Positions 1 through 10,076 of a DNA stretch of 42,649 bases are shown here, one piece after another. Position 1 is the first letter of the stretch. The number at the start of each line of letters is the position of its first letter. Below the pieces are notes generated by a model that worked only from the letters and a program-made list of their open reading frames with translations, was not told the DNA's origin and searched no databases. The DNA is from Seison nebaliae (lineage: Eukaryota), in the NCBI GenBank assembly GCA_023231475.1, contig JALJEE010000266.1:1-42649 (forward strand), written 5' to 3'. The position numbers and the translations under genes are program-made.

Positions 1-164
1 GGGTGGCGAACTGTCCATTTTAAGAAAATGAAGCTCAGATTTATACAAAAGGGTGGCGAAAACACCAAAAATACATAAGTAGGGTGGCGAACTGTCCATT
101 ATTAGGGTGGCGAACTGTCCGAATGAGAGTGGAAAAAAAAAGGGTGGCGAAAACACCGGGATTC
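1..164. repeat. Terminal repeat array of a DNA transposon (probably MULE/Foldback-like), truncated by the window start
   Basis: Five copies of GGGTGGCGAA (at about 1, 51, 82, 104, 142), each followed by CTGTCC or AACACC. The array ends abruptly at ...AAAACACCGGGATTC (164). Repeat-built termini are typical of MULE/Foldback TIRs, but the partner end is not in the window. Confidence 0.55.
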
Positions 165-314
165 AAAAATATACTGCATTTCTGTTAAGAAATGAATTAA
201 ATTGTTGAAGGCATTCTTTTGTATAGAGATAGAATATAGCGACTAGGAAGAGGGATATTATCCATAACCGATATTTTAAACCAATTCATTTCATTCAGTC
301 TTTTTTAAATCTCG

Positions 315-461
315 ATGAATTCCATGGACTTTTCTTTGTCGAAAAACGACAAATCGTTGGTCTATCACAATTATGATTATCGTTTGAAGCATATATGGAA
401 AGATAATTGTACAAAATCGTGGATTTGTGCGGTCAAGAATTGTCAACGAAGATCGCATTTA
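315..461 (+). pseudogene. FLYWCH zinc-finger fragment, probably the N-terminus of a decayed Mutator-like transposase
   Basis: The translation DFSLSKNDKSLVYHNYDYRL...SWICAVKNCQRRSH has FLYWCH-like F-L-Y-W-C-C spacing. The frame then runs into a tandem repeat, and no DDE domain follows. Confidence 0.6.
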
Positions 462-501
462 ATAGTAAGAATAGTAAATATCGCATTTTTAGAAGTCTGT
501 C

Positions 502-614
502 TGGCTCCTTTGTCCATGGCTCCTTTGTCCATGGCTCTTTTGTCCATGGCTCTTTTGTCCCGTAGCTCTTTTGTGCCGTGGCTCTTTTGTCTAGTGGCTC
601 TTATGTCCTTCTCC
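502..614. repeat. Tandem array of 15-16 bp units, probably a MULE-type TIR end
   Basis: Seven units of TGGCTC(C/T)TTTGTCC(A/CG), ending ...TATGTCCTTCTCC, directly downstream of the FLYWCH fragment. Confidence 0.65.
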
Positions 615-2406
615 CAAAACTACATCTCTAATATTCTTATGTCAAACAATGAAATTCATTGAATGAATGACTATATCAATATCTCCACAATATCTACTAT
701 CTGACAATGTTAATACTTTTCAATTAACTCAATATTCAATTATGGGAAAGTTTTAAAATTTTAATTTAACATTCTACCTTGTATGAATATAAATTATAAT
801 ATTCGATCTACCATTAAACAAGGGTTTATAAGAATGATGGAAAAACAATGAACTAGGATATATTGATTAATATATTCATGGAAAATTGGCGGTCTAACAA
901 GAAAAGTATATGAAGATATTGTGATTTATTACATATATGCACAGAATGACAAGCTTTTGAGTGATATGATAATATAAATTCAATCAGATATCTTTCTAAT
1001 AAATAATAAGGAATCTAATTGGTTCATCATATGGTTATGTGAATAATTCTCGCAATCAAACATTTCTCATTTAAATCGATAATTTTGATCTTTCAATGTC
1101 TTTCCAAAAAATTTTTGTTAAATATCTTTGTTAATAATCTAAACGAATTTCCAAGGAATGTCCGATAGACATATGACGAAATATCCGTATTACAAGGAAA
1201 TATTTCGGTTTGGTTTAACTCAAAATCAGTTTGTAGTCTAATAAATAAATGCAGATATAATCCAATAAATTTTCATGGGGTTCTTTGTGGAGCAGAATAT
1301 ATTTATCTTCTCTTGTTATGGTTAGGAAATTGAAAGGAAACCGGAAAGCTTTTAAGCATTTTTTTAAAAATTCTTTATTCTTCTCAAATTATTAAGTTGA
1401 AGTTGAAACCTTTCTATGGTAAGTTCAGGTAAATTTACTATATCAATAATATTCCCACACTGGAAAATGGCATTATATGGGAAAACTTCTTTTATTTTGA
1501 TAATCAACTAATTCTCACGATAAGTATACATAGATTAATATCCACGAAATTCCAACTGGATTCTCTAACTTAAAAGAAATTGTTGAATTGGAGAGAATAA
1601 TTGTTATTTACTCATTCTCATTTTACATATCAATAATTATCTCACATTATAATTATTGAACTTGTTTAACAATCGATCGGTCACTCTTCATTCACAAGTA
1701 TGGTGAAGGGGAATAAAAACAGTTCGTTTAATATTTATTCGAGTTAGTTTATGGAGATTAAAAAGCAATTTTAATAATTGATCTAAAACAATTTTATTTG
1801 ATCCTGTTTCTGCCAAATAATTCTTTGTTCATTCCATTTAGGAAACACATAATATTGATCAGAAAGCTTAATAACTGATATTGTCATTTTAATTCATTCT
1901 TTCAACACATTTCAACACACACCAAATGCAACGAAATGATCTTGCGATTCTTCCTTCCAAAATTTTTATAAGATATATCAGATAATTTCATTCCATCGTC
2001 AATGCAATTGGCTCATTATAAATATACAATGTTTAATCATAAACATTTAACAACCATTTTTAATAACCATCAACTTTTAGAATATATATCATTATCCAAC
2101 ACGATATTATGGATTAATGGATTTTTAATGATTCTAATTAAATTTTCAATATATAGTCAAAAATAAAAAGATTCCATATAATTAATTTTTCCAAGAAAAA
2201 TATTTACGATTTCTTCACAAATTATTCTTCGATATAATTTTATATATAATATGAAAGAAAAGTTTATTAGTTTTTCAGAAAATATTGAAAAATGAAGAAC
2301 TCGAATATTGGAATAATATCAGAAGAATTTTATATTCCCCAACAGAAAATTAAAAAGATTAAACAATTTTAAAGAAAATAATTATTTGAACTTGAACAGA
2401 AATAAA

Positions 2407-2610
2407 TTATTTTTTTGTCACAGCCTTTCCCGATTTTTTCAAAATTTTCTCCACGTCATCAGCTGATAAGGTGGAAGAGAATACCGTGACGGATTTGTTT
2501 TCCAAATCGATCTTGTAATCTGAAACTTCTTTGTTTCGTTTCATGATGCGTTCGATGGCATCACTGCATCCGCTGCAAGTCATTTCGACGTGGAAAGTAT
2601 AGTCGTTCAT
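2407..2610 (-). CDS. ATOX1: Copper chaperone ATOX1/ATX1 (HMA domain)
   Basis: Intronless 67-aa ORF with the MTCSGC metal-binding motif and C-terminal LKKSGK, the classic Atx1 pattern. Confidence 0.95.
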   Translation of the reverse strand: MNDYTFHVEMTCSGCSDAIERIMKRNKEVSDYKIDLENKSVTVFSSTLSADDVEKILKKSGKAVTKK

Positions 2611-2844
2611 TGTGAGAGAGTTTGTGGAACGTGAATGTTGTTTGTGACGTGTTAAAAGGAAATGAAATTGACAAAATTAAACTATACTATTAAAATAAGA
2701 GAGTCTTATTAAATAAAGAATTGATCGTTTGAGAATAGGATATTAATATGATAATAGTTTAATGATAAATTGATTGGGAATAAATGTAAATTGATTGAAA
2801 AGAATTAACGTGAAATAATTGGCTGAAAGAAGAAACTTCTGATT

Positions 2845-3446
2845 ATGAATAAATTATTTAAAATAAATTATCTCCAGAAATTTTCTTCATTACGTTCAAT
2901 TACTACGACATCATCAGTATGTGGTGGTTATTGGAATAAGGATTGGAAACCGGGACCATATCCAAGAACACCAGAAGAGAGAAAAAAAGCAGCACAGAAA
3001 TATGGTTTACTTCCACAAGATTATGAACCGTTTGAAGATGATGGAATGGCACCAGGAGATTATCCTAAATTAGAATTAGTTCCATTTCATCAACGAGATC
3101 CTTATTACAATTGGGATGATCCATGGAGACGACGTGATTGGAATGAACCTGTTCACCAAATGGATTTATTTTGGACATCCGACAAAGGTTTATACTTTTC
3201 TTTCAAATTCTTTCAATTCTTCTAACAATTTCAGGTTATGGTGACACTTATCCATGGAGTACTATGACAATGTTTAAAACTTTCTTATGTTATGCTCTTG
3301 GCATTCCATTGTTATGGTACTTAACACCCAATTTATATATCATGGAACCAGTGATGCCACGACATATGTTTCAAGATTATGTTATCAATCCTGATTTGAA
3401 GAGATATTCTTTCGAATTGACGGATGAGAAATTCAAAGAGGAATAA
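2845..3446 (+). CDS. NDUFB8: NADH dehydrogenase (ubiquinone) 1 beta subcomplex subunit 8; 2 exons (intron 3188-3234)
   Basis: Mitochondrial-transit-like N-terminus, then WKPGPYPRTPEERKKAAQKYGL, PGDYPKL and RDPYYNWDDPWRRRDWNEP motifs. A 47-bp GT-AG intron joins the two ORF-track frames and brings in the TM helix. Confidence 0.95.
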
Positions 3447-3568
3447 GAAATTTTTTAATTTACTTTTTATTATTCATAAATTTTTTTTGAAATTTCTTTA
3501 AATTCGAATTAGAAATTGTCAAATTTTATTGAAATAAATTTTCCATATTAATCAATTAAACATTTGGA

Positions 3569-4169
3569 TTACTTCTTTTCACAAGTTGACTCATGATTGA
3601 CTACTAGAAGTGGATGTAGAACTGTTTGACCTTTTGCTTTACATGTATAACCAGATTGACACGGACAAACGTGTGGATAAATGCTCAGATTTCCATTATT
3701 GTGACTCACTTTACACGACTCATTAGGTGCGGTTAATTTCATACAGAAATCTCCGATAAAACTCTGTCCATCTAAATTTTTATAAATTTTAAATTTCTCC
3801 CGTTCCTTCAAAACTAACTAACTATGATAAGTATAACGTTTGGTAGCAAAATGACGAAGTTCAACACAACATTCATCTTCTGCACAATTCGAATTCGTAG
3901 TACAATGACGGATCTCTCCATTAAACAAATTTCCGAGATGTTTCTGTTGCATAATTTTTGCCAAAGTTCCATCACTGAATGAATTTAAAAAAAATAATTT
4001 TTCATTTTATTTTTAAATAAAACTCTAATACTGTCGCTAGTCCATGAGTTAACGTGTTCAACAAACTATCAATTCCTGATAACGGTTCACCACCACCATC
4101 ACCAAGTCCGTCATCGCCTTCGCAAGAAATGATAGCGATAATGGAAAATAGAACGATCAATCTTTTCAT
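3569..4169 (-). CDS. Secreted prokineticin/astakine (colipase-fold) 10-cysteine protein; 3 exons (introns 3975-4023, 3772-3822)
   Basis: Signal peptide MKRLIVLFSIIAIISCEG, then CTTNSNCAEDECCV...FCMKLTAPNESC...CPCQSGYTC...STC. These are 10 Cys in the prokineticin spacing, and the splice phases are compatible. Confidence 0.8.
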
Positions 4170-5001
4170 ATTTTTTTCTGTTCAAATTATGTTTTATGAA
4201 GTTAAGAATAATTTAATGAATTAATGAAGAGGTGTTTCCATCAGAAAATATTTGGGAAGTTCATGAGAAAGTGAACACACAAGAAGTTTTCACAATTTAT
4301 TAGAATGCAATGGGTAGCAGAATAAAAGTGAATATACAGTTGTAAATCAATTGGACATAAATATGATTAGGAAGAAAATTAAATAATTTTTTAAAGAAAG
4401 AAAAAGAGTGAAATCTTGTAGATCTTCAGTCACATATTCCGATCTTTAGTAGGAATCTCGACTTTCAATTCTAAATGAATGTGAAGAAAATCTGGTAGTT
4501 TCATCAGTTGATTGTTGATCAGAAAAATTAATATATATATCGTTTAATTTATCCCGCCATCAGCTTTCACAAATGAAAGATGAACGTTCGAAGAAGATGA
4601 AATAAGAAAAAATAATTTTTTTTGAAAAATTTGAATGAATGCGATTTTGGATGATAAAGGAAAAATTTGCTCGTTGAATGATTATAAAGGGATCAAGGTA
4701 GCTGTGTTCATGAGTTAAAAAGTTTTTAACGATTATGAATTTTTTTTGAGTGATTTGAATAGAATAATGCTTTGAAATAATAAAGTGAAAGAAGATGATC
4801 TACGAACCAGTAAGAATAACTACAAATTAATAAAAGTCTTTAATTTGAATCTGATATTAATTTGAGAAATTACTGTTACTTTATCGAACTGAACGAATAA
4901 CGAGAATCGGATAAAATACAAAATAAAAATCTTTTCAAATAACATTCAATTGTATCGGAAATTTATTTTATTTTCGTCGTTGTAAACGATTAAGTAATCA
5001 T

Positions 5002-5717
5002 TTATAAATCACTCGGAAAAGGACCAGCAATCAATTTCTTTACAAAACCTTCAATTATATGATATTAGAAGAAATAATTTCCGTCTAGAAAATTCAAACT
5101 TTCGTAATTGAAATTTCCTTCAGCGTCTTCTCGAGTATCAGTCGCCTTCAATAATTCCTCAACTTCGTCTAGCTTTAATTTTTCAGCTACTCAACATAAC
5201 ATTCGGACAGAGTTGAGAGAAAGAATGATGAAGAAATTATTCTAACCCATTGCCACGAGAACTTGAGTCATTTCACAGAGATTCATGTAACCGTTGCCTT
5301 CCTTGTCGAATAGTTTGAGACCTTCGAGAAAGTCGTCACTGGTTCCGAAAGTGGAATCGGGCATCTTGTAAAATTCAGCATAGATGGGGATAAATTCTTC
5401 GAATTTTATCGACTTCTCTCCTTCTTTTTTCGTTTGTCCACGTTTCTCAGCCTGTTCATTGGAGACGTTAATACCTAACGATCTCAACATATCGCCGATG
5501 TATAGACAGTCGACTTTCCCTTCATATCTTTTGTCGAAGACATTGAAGCAATCTTTGGCGTCTATTCGATAGGATTAATATAGAATCATGATAAAAGGAA
5601 AAATGTAGTGAACTATCTTGTTTTTCTTGTGGCAGATCCGACTAATGTTTCGTAGAGATAGAGAGAAATCGTTGTATTTTTAGTGATAAAAATGGAAGAA
5701 GAAGAAAAGCGAACCAT
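5002..5717 (-). CDS. Myosin essential (alkali) light chain, EF-hand family; 5 exons (introns 5642-5714, 5562-5613, 5187-5246, 5049-5099)
   Basis: The spliced product is MSDLPQEKQDNAKDCFNVFDKRYEGKVDCLYIGDMLRSLG...FLEGLKLFDKEGNG...MAEKLKLDEVEELLKATDTREDAEGNFNYESFVKKLIAGPFPSDL. An ATG-only first coding exon is typical of calmodulin-family genes. Confidence 0.92.
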
Positions 5718-7277
5718 TCTCGTTAATATTCAGTTGAAAGAAAGAAAAATGAATTGAGAAACGTAATCTGTTAGATGTTAAGTAGAATAAATAACGAAAT
5801 GAAGATGAGAAAATTGAAGAAAAAAAATGTGGAAGAAAAACGAGGAAAAGATTCCGATCTCTCCTATTAATAAATGGAACTCTTTTTTCTTTTACTTTCT
5901 TTTTTCTGAAAAGTTATAACGCAACATTCCTCCTTATATTCTCTTTCACCGAATTTGGGGAAATATTTGAGCTATCTGTTTTTCAGCGCAGCGTATTATT
6001 TCATTGAAACGTTTCTTCTCTATGTGTATTCTCTTGTGTATGGGAGTTTAATGCATTTAATGATATCTTTCATTCTTATTACTTTTATTATACTTATTAA
6101 TGTTATTTTTATAATAGTCTATCCAAACATCTTAGTCTGGTGGGAGAGAGGAATTTGGGAGGAGGAGAAAATAAATAGATTTTTAAACATTCCCATTCTA
6201 AAGAAGTAAAGTAAGGGAGAATGAATAGAAGAATCATCTAATTCCACCTAATGTTATTCATATGATGGTTTGATCAGTTATCCGACATGGGTATGTGTAC
6301 GAACTCTACATTTACAACAACGATCATATTTGGAAACGATTTTTTCTTTTGCTTCAGAAAGAACTGTCTAATTCTCTTATTTCGATGCACAGATATATAT
6401 AATACGGTAGCGAAATTAGGTATATGAATTATATTCGATTAGTGAGTGAAGATGAATGGTAAAAGAGAGATGATTAAAGAGAAGACACGTTAAGAGGAAA
6501 GACGTTCGTATATAATTCCGATTGAACATCGGAAGGAAAATATTCGGTTATCACTCTAATTGGTAAGAAGATTTTATAAGTCCGGTCTCATTTCTTATCT
6601 CCAAATAACTTACAGTTATTGAGTTGGCGAAGTTATTTTGTTGAGCGTTTATTTGGGAACGGTCTGAAGGATAAAGTTGCAAAAGTAAATTTCATTCTTT
6701 AACAACATGATCATTATAAAAAGAAATAATGGGAATAATTTCTAATTCTCATATAAAGTTTGAAGACAACGGCAAAAATCATAAACGGTATTATTATTCT
6801 TTCTTTTTCCAACATCTTTACACATATTTCGGAATTGATGTTGAAGTGAAATAAACGAAAATAGAGAAGACGAACAGTAACATATCATTGTGAAGATAAA
6901 TAAAGAGTTTTAATCACAAATCATGTACACAATCCACAATTGATAGATTCCTGTAATACACACAGTGCATATAGTAAATATTTTAAAGGAATACTGATGT
7001 AAGAAAAATGTTTTCCCTGAAAAGAATTCTCATTTACTATCTGTATACAAAGAATGGGTTAGGAAATATTATGATGATTATGGTGTTTCTACGTAAAATG
7101 ATGGAAATAAATTTCAAGTTTTTTATAAAGGTAAAATGAATTATTTTTCTTTGAAATAAGTGTGTAAATCAGCTTTTTGAGTAAAAGATTCATAAACATC
7201 GTTAATAAGAATGGGATAGATAAATATGTGAAGCTAAATAAATCAACATTATATAAGAATCATTTCAGTTTTCCGAA

Positions 7278-7714
7278 TTAGAGTGTGGTACAAGACCGTT
7301 TCTCTTTATAAGGGTTCTGACTCTTCACTTGGAATCCAGTACACAGAATATCATGCTCTTCATTTGCCGTTACATAACTAATTAATTGTTGTATCGCCAC
7401 TGAACATGGTATTCGTTCAATATTAGCATGTATTCGAAAATGTTGGACCAATTGTAATAAAGTCTGTTCGGAATAATTAGCACCACCACCTGCATTTGTT
7501 TATTCCCAGATCAGTTCCGATGGAAATAGGAAAGAAACGTTAAATTAATTGTTGAAGAAAAATTGTTTAACCCATTGAAACTTGCACGTCTTCAGCTGAA
7601 TTAAGACGGAATATTATTCGGTTGATAAGGAAAAGTAAGTTTAGGTTGAAAGGAAAGAAGAAAGCAAGATAGTTAGATCATTAGATAAGAAAAGGTAGGA
7701 CGCTAACCCATCAT
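7278..7714 (-). CDS. Heterotrimeric G-protein gamma subunit; 3 exons (introns 7596-7707, 7490-7571)
   Basis: The spliced product is MMAEDVQVSMGGGANYSEQTLLQLVQHFRIHANIERIPCSVAIQQLISYVTANEEHDILCTGFQVKSQNPYKEKRSCTTL. It has GGL-domain motifs (ERIPCS, D.L..G, NPY) and a C-terminal CaaX (CTTL). It is not in the ORF track. Confidence 0.9.
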
Positions 7715-8257
7715 CGCCTATTCTTCAATTTGAATTCTTTTTCGAATAATTTATTGTCAGTTTAATGTATATTAATAATGAAATTTATTCAGGAATAAAA
7801 GCAATTTCTCTGTCTCTCTGCAATTGCTCAGGAAACGAATAGCAGCACGGATGTCTTATCGATTTTCCATATCATGCATAAAATTAAGAAAAGATTGGAT
7901 ATTATTTCTTAAAAATATAATTCATTCTTCATCTCTTTATAAATTTTAAGCTGCTTCCGCCATTCCATTAGCAACAGGTATCTATGCAATTCCAAATTAA
8001 CTCACTTTAGTCAATAATCGATCATTAGCAATTATTAGGATTAATTAGATATTTTAATTTATAAAAATTTAAAACCATAAAAAGTTAATGTTCCTGTCAA
8101 TTTTTTCACCCTTACAATTTCTTGAAAGAACTGTTGAAAAAACTGTTGAAAGAAGTTTTAGGAGAATAAATTTTAAAAAGTACGCTAAGAAGAAAAATTA
8201 TTACAGATTTTGTTTTCTGTCGGAACTCTGATACTTCGTCGAATTATTTTGATAATA

Positions 8258-9187
8258 ATGCAAGATGTGGAAGTGATTTTTGAAAAAAAGAAAACAAAAA
8301 TTCCGTCGAACCGAAAACCATCTGACGATGATTGCATTCTGATTGATAGTGAAGATGACGATGACTTAATTTTTATGGAAGAAAAAAAGCCAGAACAAAA
8401 ACAAAAAATTGAAATTATAGAACAGAATTCTAGCAATCCGTCAAGAAAGACATTTATTCATAATGAGAACGTTCGTCGTCCAACGATTAATAATTTATAT
8501 TTGTCTAATCCAATTTGGGATATAATCGATCCAACACCAGATATCTATGTTCTATTTAAACAATTTGATGATATTTTTTTCTATTCGGCTTTGGGATGTG
8601 TTCGGATTGAATGGTCAAAAAAAATGACAACTTGTGCAGGAATTTGTTATTATAAAGGATATAATAATTGCATTATCCGGTTAAGTGAACCATTGCTTAA
8701 ATTACGTCCAAGACAAAATTTATTAGAGACAATTCTTCATGAAATGATACATGCTTACTTGTTCATCACTTGCAAGAAACGAGATAGAGATGGTCATGGT
8801 CCTCAATTCAAAGATCATATGAATAAGATTAATAATGAGACTGGACTCAATATAACTGTCTATCATTCATTCCATAACGAAGTTCGCCATTACAAAACCT
8901 TCGAATGGACATGTAACGGTACATGTCGTCATCGTCCACCCTTCTACGGTAACTATAAGGCGGCAGTGAATCGACCTCCAGGTAAATCAAATTCTTGGTT
9001 CAATAATCATCAGCAAACGTGTGGTGGCAAGTTTATTCCTCATCAAAAGAATCGTCAAGTTTTAGAAGAAAGGCAACAAAATAAGAAGAAAGCTACGTGC
9101 ACGAAAAAGAAAGAAAGTAGCACTTCAACTAATTCCGGTAATCAAACAGCTTTATTTCCATGGTTTATTGACAAGAAGAATAAATGA
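8258..9187 (+). CDS. SPRTN: SprT-like metalloprotease Spartan (DNA-protein crosslink repair), compact form
   Basis: WDIIDPTPDI, WSKKMTTCAGIC, IRLSEPLLKLRPR, HEMIH zinc motif, DRDGHGPQF, ITVYHSFHNEV and HQQTCGGKFI all match SPRTN. The first ATG is at 8258 and the gene is intronless. Confidence 0.93.
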   Translation: MQDVEVIFEKKKTKIPSNRKPSDDDCILIDSEDDDDLIFMEEKKPEQKQKIEIIEQNSSNPSRKTFIHNENVRRPTINNLYLSNPIWDIIDPTPDIYVLFKQFDDIFFYSALGCVRIEWSKKMTTCAGICYYKGYNNCIIRLSEPLLKLRPRQNLLETILHEMIHAYLFITCKKRDRDGHGPQFKDHMNKINNETGLNITVYHSFHNEVRHYKTFEWTCNGTCRHRPPFYGNYKAAVNRPPGKSNSWFNNHQQTCGGKFIPHQKNRQVLEERQQNKKKATCTKKKESSTSTNSGNQTALFPWFIDKKNK

Positions 9188-9444
9188 AAAATTTCTTTGA
9201 CTTTATTTCATTTTCTATTATATTTCATAAACTGAATAAAATTAATTTTCAATTTTCATTATACTAGATAATTTAATCGACTTTGGATTTTCTTTCTTTC
9301 GTCATGATAATTATTGATTTCGATATAAATTGTTTAAGTTACTTTTATAATTTTAACAAATGAATAATGTTGTAAATAATGAGGCAATATATTAATTAGT
9401 TAATGAATTTTGTAATACAAAAATTTGAAAATTAAAATTTATAT

Positions 9445-9517
9445 CGCCCACCCAGGGGCTCGAACCCTGGACCTTAGGATTAAAAGTCCCACGCTCTACC
9501 GACTGAGCTAAGCGGGC
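9445..9517 (-). tRNA. tRNA-Lys, anticodon UUU
   Basis: Reverse complement is GCCCGCTTAGCTCAGTCGGTAGAGCGTGGGACTTTTAATCCTAAGGTCCAGGGTTCGAGCCCCTGGGTGGGCG. It is a 73-nt cloverleaf with A box, CT-TTT-AA anticodon loop and GTTCGA T-loop. Confidence 0.95.
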
Positions 9518-10076
9518 ATGTTTAATGAGAGACATGCATATTAATATTCTCTTTTTGTATTGATATTTCATACATACATATGATTTCATATGATACATAT
9601 ACAGATGTTTAGGAAGTTGTATGTTTCAAAAGAAAAATTAAAATAATTTATAATTAATGACAACAGGTTGAAAAGGTTATACATATGTCAACATAATTGA
9701 AATCATCTATAAATCAAATTATGCCGAATTAAAGAATAAAACAAATTAAGGAAGAATATCTAAATAGTTGCCAATCATAAAATTGGTTTGATTAGAGAGA
9801 GAACGTTCTTATCAACTATTCTAGACACTACATAATTCGATTATACGAACAACAACAGTGATCGATGGTCGATTCTTCCATCAGATCCATAGAACTTAAA
9901 CTCTGACTCATATATGTTCAATATATTATATTGTTCTTGTTCTTTTCTAAATTACTCTCATTTCTGTATACATCGACCTCATTCTTAACGACTCTCTGAG
10001 CATGGACTAATGACATGTCTGAAAGTGATTGCGATTAACAAAGTTTTATAATGAAATAAATTTTTGTGCGGAGAAA

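Noticed and set aside
1..614. Short direct repeats as a CRISPR array
   Set aside because: The units are 10-16 bp, irregularly spaced or abutting, with no unique spacers and no cas genes, in a eukaryotic context.
315..662. 115-aa ORF as an intact gene
   Set aside because: The C-terminal half (APLSMAPLSMALLSM) is just the translated tandem repeat. Only the FLYWCH fragment is meaningful.
5955..6209. 84-aa hydrophobic ORF
   Set aside because: TTG start and F/I/L bias expected from T-rich DNA in the myosin light chain upstream region.
7800..7980. Small stem (AGCAATT...AATTGCT) and ACAGAGA as a possible U6/snRNA
   Set aside because: The flanks do not match U6 or other snRNA consensus. It more likely belongs to the G-gamma/SPRTN promoter or UTR.
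9392..9598. 68-aa ORF
   Set aside because: It reads through the tRNA-Lys gene and is spurious.
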